From the NCBI GenBank assembly GCA_038889075.1, contig JAWAHS010000003.1:49621-113620 (forward strand): a DNA stretch of 64,000 bases. Direction: 5' to 3'. How positions within the stretch are numbered: position 1 is the stretch's first letter; the number at the start of each line of letters is the position of its first letter. Below are positions 29,128 through 39,071 of the stretch, one piece after another. The stretch is from Ignisphaera sp. (GTDB lineage Archaea; Thermoproteota; Thermoprotei_A; Sulfolobales; Ignisphaeraceae). The position numbers and the translations under genes are program-made. The notes beneath the pieces are model-generated. The model did no database searches and was not told where the DNA came from. It saw only the letters and a program-made list of their open reading frames with translations.

Positions 29128-29892
29128 TCATGGTACGGTTGTAATAATTTTAATATCACTCCTTTCAATTACATATGGAATCCAGTTAACATAGTGTGGT
29201 ACACCCTTCATTCTTTTAACTCGGAGTCTCCTTATCATGATCAATTCAGTAGATGATGTAAAGGACTTTACAACGGCTTCTGTTAAAATAATGCCATCAA
29301 CTATATGTTCTATCAATGATAAGAAATTCCTCGCTATTTGTGATGATGTATGAAGTGATGATAAAACAATTATGCCTCTTGCTTTTGAAATGTTGGCTCT
29401 AAGATTCTTTATGAGTTCTATAGCCTTATTTACTTCATAGAGTGTTAAGAATTCATTTATTGAATCAATGATAAATAGCCCCTTATTCATAATTCTTTGA
29501 TCATCTAGAATCTTTGTACAAATATTTATTACTTGAGTTAGGTTTTGTGGATCTACCTCCTCAATAACGCTAATATGCATTCTTTCTTCTTTTCCTCTAA
29601 TTCTAAAACTATACCCATCTATAATATAGAAAAGTTCCCTCTTTACATACTCATTAATGCTGACCTCAAATAGCTGAAATTGTTTCACAATAGTTATAGG
29701 GTCATCATCTAATGCAAAGTATATTACAGGCTCTCCATTCTCTAGAAATCTTTTTGCAATACCCATTAAGAGCAAGCTCTTACCAGCCCCACCCTTACCA
29801 GCAAAAACGATGAATGAGTTCCTAAGAATTCCTTCAGGGAGGATATAATCAAGAGGTTCTATACCAAATTTAGCCTTCTCTATGTTACTCAA
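29128..29892 (-). CDS. KaiC-like/RAD55 family ATPase
   Basis: GIEPLD..LPEG, GKGGAGKS, FIIDS, EHIVDGII, RVKRMKG. Confidence 0.88.
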   Translation of the reverse strand: MSNIEKAKFGIEPLDYILPEGILRNSFIVFAGKGGAGKSLLLMGIAKRFLENGEPVIYFALDDDPITIVKQFQLFEVSINEYVKRELFYIIDGYSFRIRGKEERMHISVIEEVDPQNLTQVINICTKILDDQRIMNKGLFIIDSINEFLTLYEVNKAIELIKNLRANISKARGIIVLSSLHTSSQIARNFLSLIEHIVDGIILTEAVVKSFTSSTELIMIRRLRVKRMKGVPHYVNWIPYVIERSDIKIITTVP

Positions 29893-30341
29893 ATTATAAA
29901 CCCCACATTTACTGAATTTCTAACTTAATGGGTATAATAAGAATTTCCGTCTTAGACCTTCAATCACCTTCTACTACAATACTTAACTTAGGAATCTCGT
30001 ACTACCTTTACAGGAATTCGCCTAGTCTATTTTTAAATTTACTTAATTCATAGCTAACATAAATACACCAAACTTTCTAATAGCTGAAACCATAGAAATC
30101 TTAATAATAACAAGTATCATTACAATATTGAACAAGTCTAGAATATGTTATGAGGCTCCTTCCAAGAATGCTTATGATAATTGCTGTTAAATGTTATTAT
30201 TAAATACATTGAATTTTTAACAATCCAGCTTAGATGTTGACATTAAGTATTAACACTTGCTCTTTTTAGTTTAGTAAGATTATATTTTTCTGTTAACTAT
30301 GTAGCAATAAACCATACTACATTTTAGGAGGGGCGCTAGTC

Positions 30342-31280
30342 TTGCCATTAATTAGCACATCAAAAATAAAAGATGTCTCAGTCATTATTAAGAATCTTCC
30401 TATTAAACCATTGAATGTTTTCGATACATCGTTCTATCCAAGTGTAGATGAATCAATAGATAGGGTGCTCGCCTATTTTCTCATAATGGTCGCTATGGAT
30501 CATAGACTTAGCAGACCTGATAAACCATACGAAGCTGAGATTGATGGTCGGCTATATAGGGGAGCCGATCTTCTTTATCATCTTGGAATTAGAAAATTTG
30601 AAGAGGATCCCGAATTCTTTACGCCAGAGAGATTGGTATTTATTACTCATGATGATGTTACTAAATGGCTTTCAGTAAAAGGTGTCTTTCCACCAGATCC
30701 TGAGTTAAGGGCATATCTTCTTAATGATATCGGTATAAAGAGCGTTAAATTATTCAATGGTGATTTTACTAAACTACTAGAGATCTCTGAAGGCTTTCTA
30801 AGAAGAAAGAATGGCAATGGTATTCTAGATCTTTTAAAAGTTTTTAAAGCTTATCAAGACCCTGTTGAAAAGAAATCTTATCTATTGATAAAGTTTTTAG
30901 TCTATAGAGGTTTATTTAATCCTTTAGATGAAGAGAATCTTAACATAGCAGTAGACAACCATTTAACCAGAATAGCAATAAGGTTAGGATTAATTGAACT
31001 AGAGAATGAGTTCACTGAAAAAATCACTAAAAGAATAGAGGTTTCCCATGATGAAGATATCATAATTAGATTAAGTGTTAGGGAGGCATACAAATTGCTA
31101 TCCAGATTTAGCAATGTTAACATCTTTCTATTAGATGATACATTTTGGATGTTTGGAAGAAATATATGCACACGCGATAGTCCTAAATGCAAAGAATGTC
31201 CGTTCAAAGAGGTTTGTATGGCATATAGAAGTGGTGTTTACTTAGCTGAACATATATACATAAATACATGGTATTATTAG
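30342..31280 (+). CDS. Queuosine-salvage(DUF2419/Qng1)-like / HhH-fold glycosylase with C-terminal Fe-S cluster motif
   Basis: DPVEKKSYL, AVDNHLTRIAIRLG, DDTFW; CTRDSPKCKECPFKEVC (Cx6Cx2Cx5C). Confidence 0.65.
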   Translation: MPLISTSKIKDVSVIIKNLPIKPLNVFDTSFYPSVDESIDRVLAYFLIMVAMDHRLSRPDKPYEAEIDGRLYRGADLLYHLGIRKFEEDPEFFTPERLVFITHDDVTKWLSVKGVFPPDPELRAYLLNDIGIKSVKLFNGDFTKLLEISEGFLRRKNGNGILDLLKVFKAYQDPVEKKSYLLIKFLVYRGLFNPLDEENLNIAVDNHLTRIAIRLGLIELENEFTEKITKRIEVSHDEDIIIRLSVREAYKLLSRFSNVNIFLLDDTFWMFGRNICTRDSPKCKECPFKEVCMAYRSGVYLAEHIYINTWYY

Positions 31281-31467
31281 TTAATAATTAATTTGCAGTT
31301 ATCATGCAAACGATTCATCATTACAGCTACAATCTTATACGCTAACAGTAAGCGGGTTTTCAGAAAATTTACTACAGAGTAGTATATAAGAATGGTAAAT
31401 CGTACTACACTGAAATGGTAATAAGGATTTTATATGACGGACTACAGATTTTGGACACATCGAACCC

Positions 31468-31531
31468 ACCATCAGACAAGGCTGAGATCCTCATCCCATC
31501 TAGGTTGGTGCCGCCTGAGTTCATCATTCTA
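31468..31531 (-). ncRNA. C/D-box methylation guide sRNA (16S rRNA double guide)
   Basis: Minus strand: ATGATGA-ACTCAGGCGGCA...GGATGA-GGATCTCAGCCTTGT-CTGA; D' degenerate. Confidence 0.8.
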
Positions 31532-31586
31532 ATATAGTAAAAGATTAAGAAAATCTATATATATATCCTTATTGTTGTATATTATC

Positions 31587-32447
31587 TTATGCTGCTCTTT
31601 CTTCCCTAAAGTATATTTCACCTAAAGCTCTTGGTATACTCAATTTCTTTTTTATAGGTGTTACCTGAATTAAAATGACTATAGCTATCGATACGATAAA
31701 TGGCAACATATTTATTATAGCTGCAGGCACCCCATAAATTAACTGTAGAATGTATATCGACGTGTAAAAGTAAACGAAGAGCACCGTTATTAATGAAGCT
31801 ATTATAGGATGCCATGAGGATGCCATTGCCAGCGCAAGGGCTAGAAAACCGTTACCCATACCAGAATACGGTAACCATGCACCTCTATACATACTAATAT
31901 AGATGTACGATCCAATAGCTATTAGTGTATAGCCAATTACTAATGCTAGCGTTCTTATTCTCCATACCTTTACCCCCAGTACTTCAGAGGCTCTAGGATT
32001 AAATCCGCATGCTCTTATAGCAGTCCCTATCCGTGTTCTATACAACATATACCAAACTATGATTATAGCTAGCAATGTGTACATCACCAGATGGATTGAT
32101 GGCAAAGCTATTTGCCTTGTACTCTTTCCGCCTCCCAATGCAATACCTATGGTTGCACTTGCACCATAAAGAACTATATTCATGCAAAGACCTGTGAGAA
32201 CATGCGAAGCGTGTAGAATATTAATGAAAAGCGATATCGCTAGAGCTATGGTTATTGCTATTGATATGGATAAGATTAGCGCCTGTAATGGTCCAAATCT
32301 TAGCATAGCCACATAACTAATAGCTATAGCCAATGTTATTACTCCATCAATAGATAGATTTACAATACCACTTCTCTCTACAATAATGTCTCCTAGTACT
32401 ATGAATATCATTGATAGTGTAAAAGCATTTAAAATATTTTCAATCAT
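31587..32447 (-). CDS. Nucleoside/sugar ABC transporter permease
   Basis: ERSGIVNL, GTAIRACG.NP, G.GFLALA, PRALG. Confidence 0.9.
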   Translation of the reverse strand: MIENILNAFTLSMIFIVLGDIIVERSGIVNLSIDGVITLAIAISYVAMLRFGPLQALILSISIAITIALAISLFINILHASHVLTGLCMNIVLYGASATIGIALGGGKSTRQIALPSIHLVMYTLLAIIIVWYMLYRTRIGTAIRACGFNPRASEVLGVKVWRIRTLALVIGYTLIAIGSYIYISMYRGAWLPYSGMGNGFLALALAMASSWHPIIASLITVLFVYFYTSIYILQLIYGVPAAIINMLPFIVSIAIVILIQVTPIKKKLSIPRALGEIYFREERAA

Positions 32448-33508
32448 TTTACAAACCTCACAACTACTCGATATCTTGTTAGGAATTCTGAAACTATAGT
32501 AAGAAGAAATATTGTCCCTATAACTATCCTAGCAATAGCATCACCAACATTAATGCTACCAATCTGTATAGCCAAACTAAATATATAGAGACCAGAAACG
32601 TAATAGGATGATAATAGAATAGCTATAGGATTTAGTGAGGAAAGCCATGCAACTATAATCGACGTATAACCCATCCCAGCACCGATTTTGACGCCTGGAA
32701 CAAGTTTCCTATGATAGACTAGAACCTCTACCCCACCTGCAAAACCTGCTAAAGCGCCTGAAAGCATAAATGATAAAATGGCTAATTTAGTGCTGGAAAC
32801 TCCACTTAGTTCAACGGCTCGGAAACTTGATGATAGGGCTCTCATAGAGTTTCCAATTCTAGTTCTATATAGAAACAGGTAGATCACTACAACAAGTAGT
32901 AATGAGGCAAGTATTGGATAAAGTGAGAAACTATACCCTGCTACTCTTTGCAATCGACATTGAGTAGGAATCATATCGGTTTCAGGATATCCATAGACGC
33001 TCCTTCCTCTCCAAGGGCCGTAGACGAGATAATCTATGAGATAATATGCTATATAGTTCATCATGAGCGTTGATAATGCTTCATTTATACCGAAACACAT
33101 CTTTAGCACGATTGCTATTAGAGACCATATAGCTCCCACAACGGATGCAAACAATAATGACGTTACTATACCTAGATATTCAATAGTTCCAAGTGGAGTA
33201 AACAAGGCTACGAATGCGGCGCCCATAGCACCGACAACGATTTGTCCTTCAGCCCCCAAATTCCATAGACCTGCACTGTAAACTATAATCAAGCCCAATG
33301 CTGTTGGTAGAAATACCGAGACGTATCTAAAGATATTTAAATCTAGAAATGAATTGACAAGAAGTTCCAATGTGATCGTCGGATCCTGCTTAAAAATTAG
33401 AGAAGCTATCACAATGGCTATTAGCAGACCTAGAACTGCTATCGTTATTCTTAGCGATGCAGTTATGTATGGAGACATTTCTTTTTTAGCAATAGAGATT
33501 TTAATCAT
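32444..33508 (-). CDS. Nucleoside/sugar ABC transporter permease
   Basis: GLWNLGAEGQ, NEALSTLMMNYIA, SGALAGFAG. Confidence 0.9.
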   Translation of the reverse strand: MIKISIAKKEMSPYITASLRITIAVLGLLIAIVIASLIFKQDPTITLELLVNSFLDLNIFRYVSVFLPTALGLIIVYSAGLWNLGAEGQIVVGAMGAAFVALFTPLGTIEYLGIVTSLLFASVVGAIWSLIAIVLKMCFGINEALSTLMMNYIAYYLIDYLVYGPWRGRSVYGYPETDMIPTQCRLQRVAGYSFSLYPILASLLLVVVIYLFLYRTRIGNSMRALSSSFRAVELSGVSSTKLAILSFMLSGALAGFAGGVEVLVYHRKLVPGVKIGAGMGYTSIIVAWLSSLNPIAILLSSYYVSGLYIFSLAIQIGSINVGDAIARIVIGTIFLLTIVSEFLTRYRVVVRFVK

Positions 33509-34985
33509 GTAGTGTCATCACCTTTTCCAATTCAGACCTATTCACACTACCACGGCTATACATACCAATAATTCTACCCCTAACCATAACAGCGATTTTA
33601 TCGCTCATGGCGAGTGCTTCATCTAAATCCTCTGAGAATAAGAGTATTGAACCACCAAGAGAGGCGAATTTAGTTAAGACAGAAATAACAAATTTGCTAC
33701 TATATTCATCAAGCATTCTAGTCGGATTATATGCAACTATAATTCTTGGTATATTTATAAGTATTCTGGAGAGTACCACCTTCTGTACATTACCGCCAGA
33801 TAGTTTATGAACCTTTATCCCTGGTTTTGCTGGTATTATGTTAAGTTTATTGATAATATCTTGAATTACATCCTTCGTAATTTTTCGCTGAGAAAATATT
33901 TTAATATTTTCGGCTATCGTAAGATTTAAAAATACTCCATCCTTAAATGGGTCTTCAGGAATATAGTAGAGTCCCATAGCAACTCGTTTACTAGGCGGAG
34001 TATTAGTTATATCCTTATCCTCAAATAATATTCGACCTCTTTCAACCTTTCTAAGACCGATAATGGCTTCACAGAATTCTCTCTGACCGTTACCAGCAAC
34101 CCCTACCACTCCTACAATCTCACCCCGTTTAACATCTAGCGAAATATCTTCCACAGCTCTTTTACCATACTCATCTATAACCGAAACACTGTCGGCTCTT
34201 AGTATTGCTGAATTTCCTAATGCAATCTTATCTTGTAACTGTCCAGTTGCTTGGACTGTAGCCACTGTTTCTCCAAACATAACTCTTCTCAACTCATCTA
34301 ACGAAACATCACTACCAATGAATTCTCCAGCAATACGTCCTTTACGAAGAACAATAATCCTTGTTGAGAATTCTAGAGCCTCTGAAATCTTATGCGTTAT
34401 GAATAAAATGCTACCATTAGCCACTATAATTTTTTTCATCATATCAAATAATTTGACCTTAATAGGCTGTGGAAGGTATGTTGTCGCCTCATCAACTATC
34501 ATCAATCTCGGTTTGGCTAACAGTGCTTTAATTACTTCTACATACTGCTTCTCCGTATAGCTTAACACATAGACAGGGCTCGCAGCATCAATATCGATAT
34601 CAAATTCTCGTAATAGTACATTAACATTCTTATAAATTCTGTTTGCTGACTTGTTAAGAAATATAGATATATTTTCAAGAACAGTCAATTCATCGATTAA
34701 CTGAGGCCTCTGACTGACCATCACGATTCCGTATCTCTTTGCCTCAGCCGGCGATGAAAATATATGCTGTTTTCCATCGATTTCTATATAACCTTTGTCT
34801 GGTGTATAGAGACCATATAGGATTTTAGCTAGAGTTGACTTGCCTGAGCCATTTTCACCTAGAACCGCAACTATTTCGCCGCTATCTATATTGAGTGAGA
34901 CATCATCGAGTGCAACGATATCTCCAAAGCGTTTAGATATCTCTACAACCCTAATAAGGTCGGCCATTTTCACCAGCTTCTTCAT
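33501..34985 (-). CDS. CUT2-type ABC transporter ATPase (two NBDs)
   Basis: GENGSGKST, GVAGNGQ, YIPED, LSGGNVQK. Confidence 0.93.
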   Translation of the reverse strand: MKKLVKMADLIRVVEISKRFGDIVALDDVSLNIDSGEIVAVLGENGSGKSTLAKILYGLYTPDKGYIEIDGKQHIFSSPAEAKRYGIVMVSQRPQLIDELTVLENISIFLNKSANRIYKNVNVLLREFDIDIDAASPVYVLSYTEKQYVEVIKALLAKPRLMIVDEATTYLPQPIKVKLFDMMKKIIVANGSILFITHKISEALEFSTRIIVLRKGRIAGEFIGSDVSLDELRRVMFGETVATVQATGQLQDKIALGNSAILRADSVSVIDEYGKRAVEDISLDVKRGEIVGVVGVAGNGQREFCEAIIGLRKVERGRILFEDKDITNTPPSKRVAMGLYYIPEDPFKDGVFLNLTIAENIKIFSQRKITKDVIQDIINKLNIIPAKPGIKVHKLSGGNVQKVVLSRILINIPRIIVAYNPTRMLDEYSSKFVISVLTKFASLGGSILLFSEDLDEALAMSDKIAVMVRGRIIGMYSRGSVNRSELEKVMTLHD

Positions 34986-35047
34986 AAATAATGAAAGTTA
35001 AAAAATTATAAAAAATTATCATGAACTTAGTTGGCTTCTATTACACC

Positions 35048-36505
35048 TCACATTTTGCCTTGGTAGACTACCCCCTTAATAAACCAGTCCATAGTCCATA
35101 GATCCTCATGTGTAAGTCTCTCGCCTTCTGCTACACTAACTAATGTACCCGCTGATTTACCTGAACAGAATCTCGAACCATAGTCAGCTATACAGTAGCC
35201 TGTTAGAGGTCCTGTAAATGGATCGAATATTGCTGCCACTATTTGAGACTCAATATGCTTTGTTCCTACAGATATCTTTGTAATGGATTCGTAGACGTGG
35301 GTCAGTGCTGCAGCCTGCAATGGTTGGAGAAGCGGAGCTGATTTCATAAGCTGGTATCTCTTTATCACAAGATCGTATACGGTTAACATCTCTCCAGTCA
35401 TAGTGTCTTTGACAGTTATTGTCTTTAGAACATTCTCAAACTTTGGATTAATATGCATAACGCTTCCGTTTGGATAAACGTGTGCACCTAATTCAACGGC
35501 GCCCGTATTTAAGAGATACCAATAATCGACACTCTCTAGGTTATCAGGTCTGTAAATTCCCGCCTTGATCTTTGCTAATATGTCCAGGTATATAACCTCC
35601 CATCTAACTAGCTGTCCACTTACAACACTGTTTGGACCATATTCATACATTGGACTGTAATGACTAAAGACATAGATTTCCCTACCCTGTTTAAACATTG
35701 TTTCCGCAAATTCCACGGTAGCTGTAGAATCCTCTGTAAATACTAGAACATCCACACCCATATCAACAAATGTTTGAGCTGCTGCCCTAGCTTTATCAGG
35801 ATTATACCACTCGCCTATTTCTATAACATAGACAGTTATATTTTTACCCAGTAGACTACCTGTTTCTATTGCACCTATTGTAAAGGCATTGATATGCCTT
35901 ATAACCTCAGGTATTGTTACGGCTGCTATATAACCTATCTTTCCAGTCTTAGTGAGTGCACCTGCCATTAGCCCGTTTAGGTAGTAAACCTGGTAGAGGT
36001 CCGCAAAATATGTACCCATATTAGGTGCTCTCTTGTAGCCAGAACAGTGGAAGAACATAACATTAGGATTTTCTTGAGCTTTATCATAGGTTGGATCCAT
36101 GTGGTCAAAGCTTGTTGTAAATATCACATTATATCCTAGCTTGATGAGCTGATCTATAGCGGCTGCTGCCTTCTCCTTCGATATAGACTCTACATATGTT
36201 GTTTCAAGCCAATCCTTAAGTAGATTGGCTACAACTCTTCTCCCAACATCATGCATATACGTCCATCCAAAGTCTTCAACAGGTCCTACGTAGACCCATG
36301 CTGCACGTATCTTTTCTGGCGGTTTATAGGAGACTGGAGTCGTTGACACAGTATGCGTTACAGTAGTTACAGTAGTCACTGTTTTAGTTATTGTAGTGGT
36401 CGTTGGAGCCGTGGTTGTCGGAGCTATATAGGGTGCTGTGACATAGCCTATAACAATTCCTATTATAAGACCGGCCAATAGCATCGTGTATTGAATTTTC
36501 ACCAT
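35048..36505 (-). CDS. BMP/PnrA-family ABC substrate-binding protein
   Basis: N-terminal TM, Thr-rich linker, YVGPVEDFGW, FTTSF, IPEVIRHINAF. Confidence 0.92.
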   Translation of the reverse strand: MVKIQYTMLLAGLIIGIVIGYVTAPYIAPTTTAPTTTTITKTVTTVTTVTHTVSTTPVSYKPPEKIRAAWVYVGPVEDFGWTYMHDVGRRVVANLLKDWLETTYVESISKEKAAAAIDQLIKLGYNVIFTTSFDHMDPTYDKAQENPNVMFFHCSGYKRAPNMGTYFADLYQVYYLNGLMAGALTKTGKIGYIAAVTIPEVIRHINAFTIGAIETGSLLGKNITVYVIEIGEWYNPDKARAAAQTFVDMGVDVLVFTEDSTATVEFAETMFKQGREIYVFSHYSPMYEYGPNSVVSGQLVRWEVIYLDILAKIKAGIYRPDNLESVDYWYLLNTGAVELGAHVYPNGSVMHINPKFENVLKTITVKDTMTGEMLTVYDLVIKRYQLMKSAPLLQPLQAAALTHVYESITKISVGTKHIESQIVAAIFDPFTGPLTGYCIADYGSRFCSGKSAGTLVSVAEGERLTHEDLWTMDWFIKGVVYQGKM

Positions 36506-36659
36506 TGTTGTTTACCAATATCCGGTATTTGTTGTAAATATTAATAAGTTTTTCTATAGATACCTATGTAATTTTTTACATAAATATTGTAAATAATTAT
36601 TAATTAGAGAAGACTTATATTACCAAATATTATTATACTCAGTAGAAGGTGTTTTAACA

Positions 36660-38528
36660 ATGAATAAGAATACCATAGTGATGGTGGAACCGTATAAACG
36701 GAGAATATCTACGACGCCTAATAGAATTTTACTAGATATCCTAAGGGAGCTAGACATACCTATAAGATCAGAATGCGGTGGTATAGGTGAGTGTGGTAAA
36801 TGTCGAATAGTACTAAATGGAGATAGCCTAATTCAACCTACCCATGCAGAAAGGAAGTTTCTTTCCTATGAAGATCTATCTAAGGGGTATAGATTAGCAT
36901 GCCAAGTTAGATTGACTGAAGGAACTTTCGAAGTCTTTATACCATCAGAATCTGTACTTCAGCGGTACAAATCTGCAGATATAGGTTTTGAAAGACCCAT
37001 TGAGATATTGCCTGCAATTAAAAAGATTTCTGTAGTATTGCCAAGGGCTACACTTAATGACGTTAGAGCTGATTTTGAGCGTATTGCTGATGCAATTAAA
37101 GGCTATGTTGACTTGAGCAACATCGATGTCGATATCGATAGCATCCAAAAGCTTCCTGAAATTATAAGAGCAGGTGATTGGAGTGTAACCGTTACTATAT
37201 GGAATAATAAGAAACTTGTTGACATTGAAGCTGGAGACTCTAGCGACAAACTGTATGGTCTGGCCATCGATATCGGTACATCTAAGATAGTTGTTCACCT
37301 AGTTGAACTTGCAAGCGGTAATACAGTAGCTATTGAATCTATACCTAATCCTCAAGCTAGCTATGGAGCTGATATAATCTCAAGATTAAGCTATGCTTTG
37401 CGGAATGAGGATAGCTTAAGGAAGCTTCAGGAAGTTTTGATAAAGGCGATAAATACTGCTATTGACCATATACTGTTAAGAACTGGTATATCAAAGAATA
37501 GTATATATGAGGCCGTAGTAGTTGGAAATACTGTCATGCATCACCTTTTTTTGGGCATACAACCTAGATATCTTGGTTACTCACCCTATACGCCAGCCAT
37601 AGCAAGATCCCTAGCTATTAGAGCTAAGGATCTTGGGCTATCAATACACAAAAATGGAATAATCTATATGTTACCTGTAATAGCGGGCTATGTTGGATCA
37701 GATGCGCTTGCTGATGCTATTGCAATTGATATAGAGAATTGTGAAGAACCTTGCATGCTGATAGATATAGGCACTAATAGCGAGATCCTATTGAATACTG
37801 GTAGAGTTATATATGCATGTTCAACACCAGCTGGTCCTGCCTTTGAGGGGGCAACAACTTCATTTGGAACTAGAGCCGTAGCTGGGGCAATTGATCAGAT
37901 CTTTGTATATTTTGATAGTTCAGTACAGGACTTTAATGTACATTACCACACTATAGGAGGCAAAAAACCCATAGGACTATGTGGCTCTGCAATGATAGAT
38001 GCCATTGCGCATCTCTATAAGCTGAATATAATTGATAATAGAGGCAGATTTTCAAAAGAGATCAAATCGAAAAGAATAGTAAAAGATGGAAATGTGTATT
38101 CATTTATTTTAGTATGGAGTAGTGAAACTAGTATCGGAAAGAACATCTCAGTTAATGCAAGGGATATAAATGAAATTCTGCTAGCAAAAGCTGCTATAGC
38201 ATCGGGCATTAGGATCCTTACCAGTAATGCAAAATTAGATCTTAATGATATACAAAAGATATATGTTGCAGGTTCCTTTGGAACATATATGAATGTTGAA
38301 AATGCTATTACCATAGGTCTACTGCCAAAGGTGGATCCAAGAAGAGTTGAATTTGTTGGAAATACTGCTATAAGTGGTGCCAAGATGTGTCTAAAGAATA
38401 CTGAGATTAGAAAGGAAACTGAGAATCTTGCTAGGAAGATAAAGTACGTAGAGCTATCAGCATATCCATCGTTTAACAGAGTATTTGTGGAGGCCATTCC
38501 ATTACCACCAATTTCCTCCCCATCGTAA
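36660..38528 (+). CDS. ASKHA-domain reductive activator of corrinoid (RACo/DUF4445) with N-terminal 2Fe-2S domain
   Basis: CGGIGECGKC, RLACQ, AIDIGTS, NPQASYGADIISR, IDIGTNSE, AGPAFEG, GLCGS, AGSFG. Confidence 0.92.
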   Translation: MNKNTIVMVEPYKRRISTTPNRILLDILRELDIPIRSECGGIGECGKCRIVLNGDSLIQPTHAERKFLSYEDLSKGYRLACQVRLTEGTFEVFIPSESVLQRYKSADIGFERPIEILPAIKKISVVLPRATLNDVRADFERIADAIKGYVDLSNIDVDIDSIQKLPEIIRAGDWSVTVTIWNNKKLVDIEAGDSSDKLYGLAIDIGTSKIVVHLVELASGNTVAIESIPNPQASYGADIISRLSYALRNEDSLRKLQEVLIKAINTAIDHILLRTGISKNSIYEAVVVGNTVMHHLFLGIQPRYLGYSPYTPAIARSLAIRAKDLGLSIHKNGIIYMLPVIAGYVGSDALADAIAIDIENCEEPCMLIDIGTNSEILLNTGRVIYACSTPAGPAFEGATTSFGTRAVAGAIDQIFVYFDSSVQDFNVHYHTIGGKKPIGLCGSAMIDAIAHLYKLNIIDNRGRFSKEIKSKRIVKDGNVYSFILVWSSETSIGKNISVNARDINEILLAKAAIASGIRILTSNAKLDLNDIQKIYVAGSFGTYMNVENAITIGLLPKVDPRRVEFVGNTAISGAKMCLKNTEIRKETENLARKIKYVELSAYPSFNRVFVEAIPLPPISSPS

Positions 38529-39071
38529 GAAACCATGGTTCTGCCAATATCTCAATGCATCCCAAACAGCATGTATTCCCTATTAATAAATGATTGAATA
38601 GTACTTAGAACATTTCTACCGCAAATTTAATGCAGTATCTTGCTATTAAAAGAAAATATGTTTCACATTGTACAATGGAACTGGTCTCACCTCTCTAATA
38701 AAATTCGAAAGCCGAATACTTAAATTGGCGGCTATGATGGCCATCATTTACGTAGATGCACATAGTCTACTCGAAGCATGAAAACTTAGCTCAATTAAGT
38801 TAAAAATAGCGAAGTCGTATGTACCAAATGCAGAAAAAGAGCGTCGATGTTATTGCTGTCGTATTCGTTACGTTGCTAAACAAAATAGGAATCGATGCTG
38901 ATTAATGTCTACATATAATTCATTTCACCATGTGTACGAGAATATAGTTTAATGTACTTTGTACTTATAGAACAGATAAGAATGAAAACGGAGAAGAGGT
39001 GGAGAATTGCACGTGAATATTTAAAAATATTGAAGCATTTCATGGAAATTCCCAATAGCATTATAATCTAA

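Noticed and set aside
29900-30340. Long AT-rich intergenic region as replication origin or CRISPR leader
   Set aside because: No ORB repeats, cdc6/whiP or repeat-spacer array seen; it is a divergent promoter region
31390-31440. ATGGTAA-ATCGTACTACA-CTGA-ATGGTAA...ATGA, possible degenerate C/D guide to the sarcin-ricin loop
   Set aside because: Both C boxes and the D box are non-consensus and the match is only 7-8 nt
38530-39070. 540-nt gap, possible pseudogene
   Set aside because: Only short peptide fragments with no assignable family
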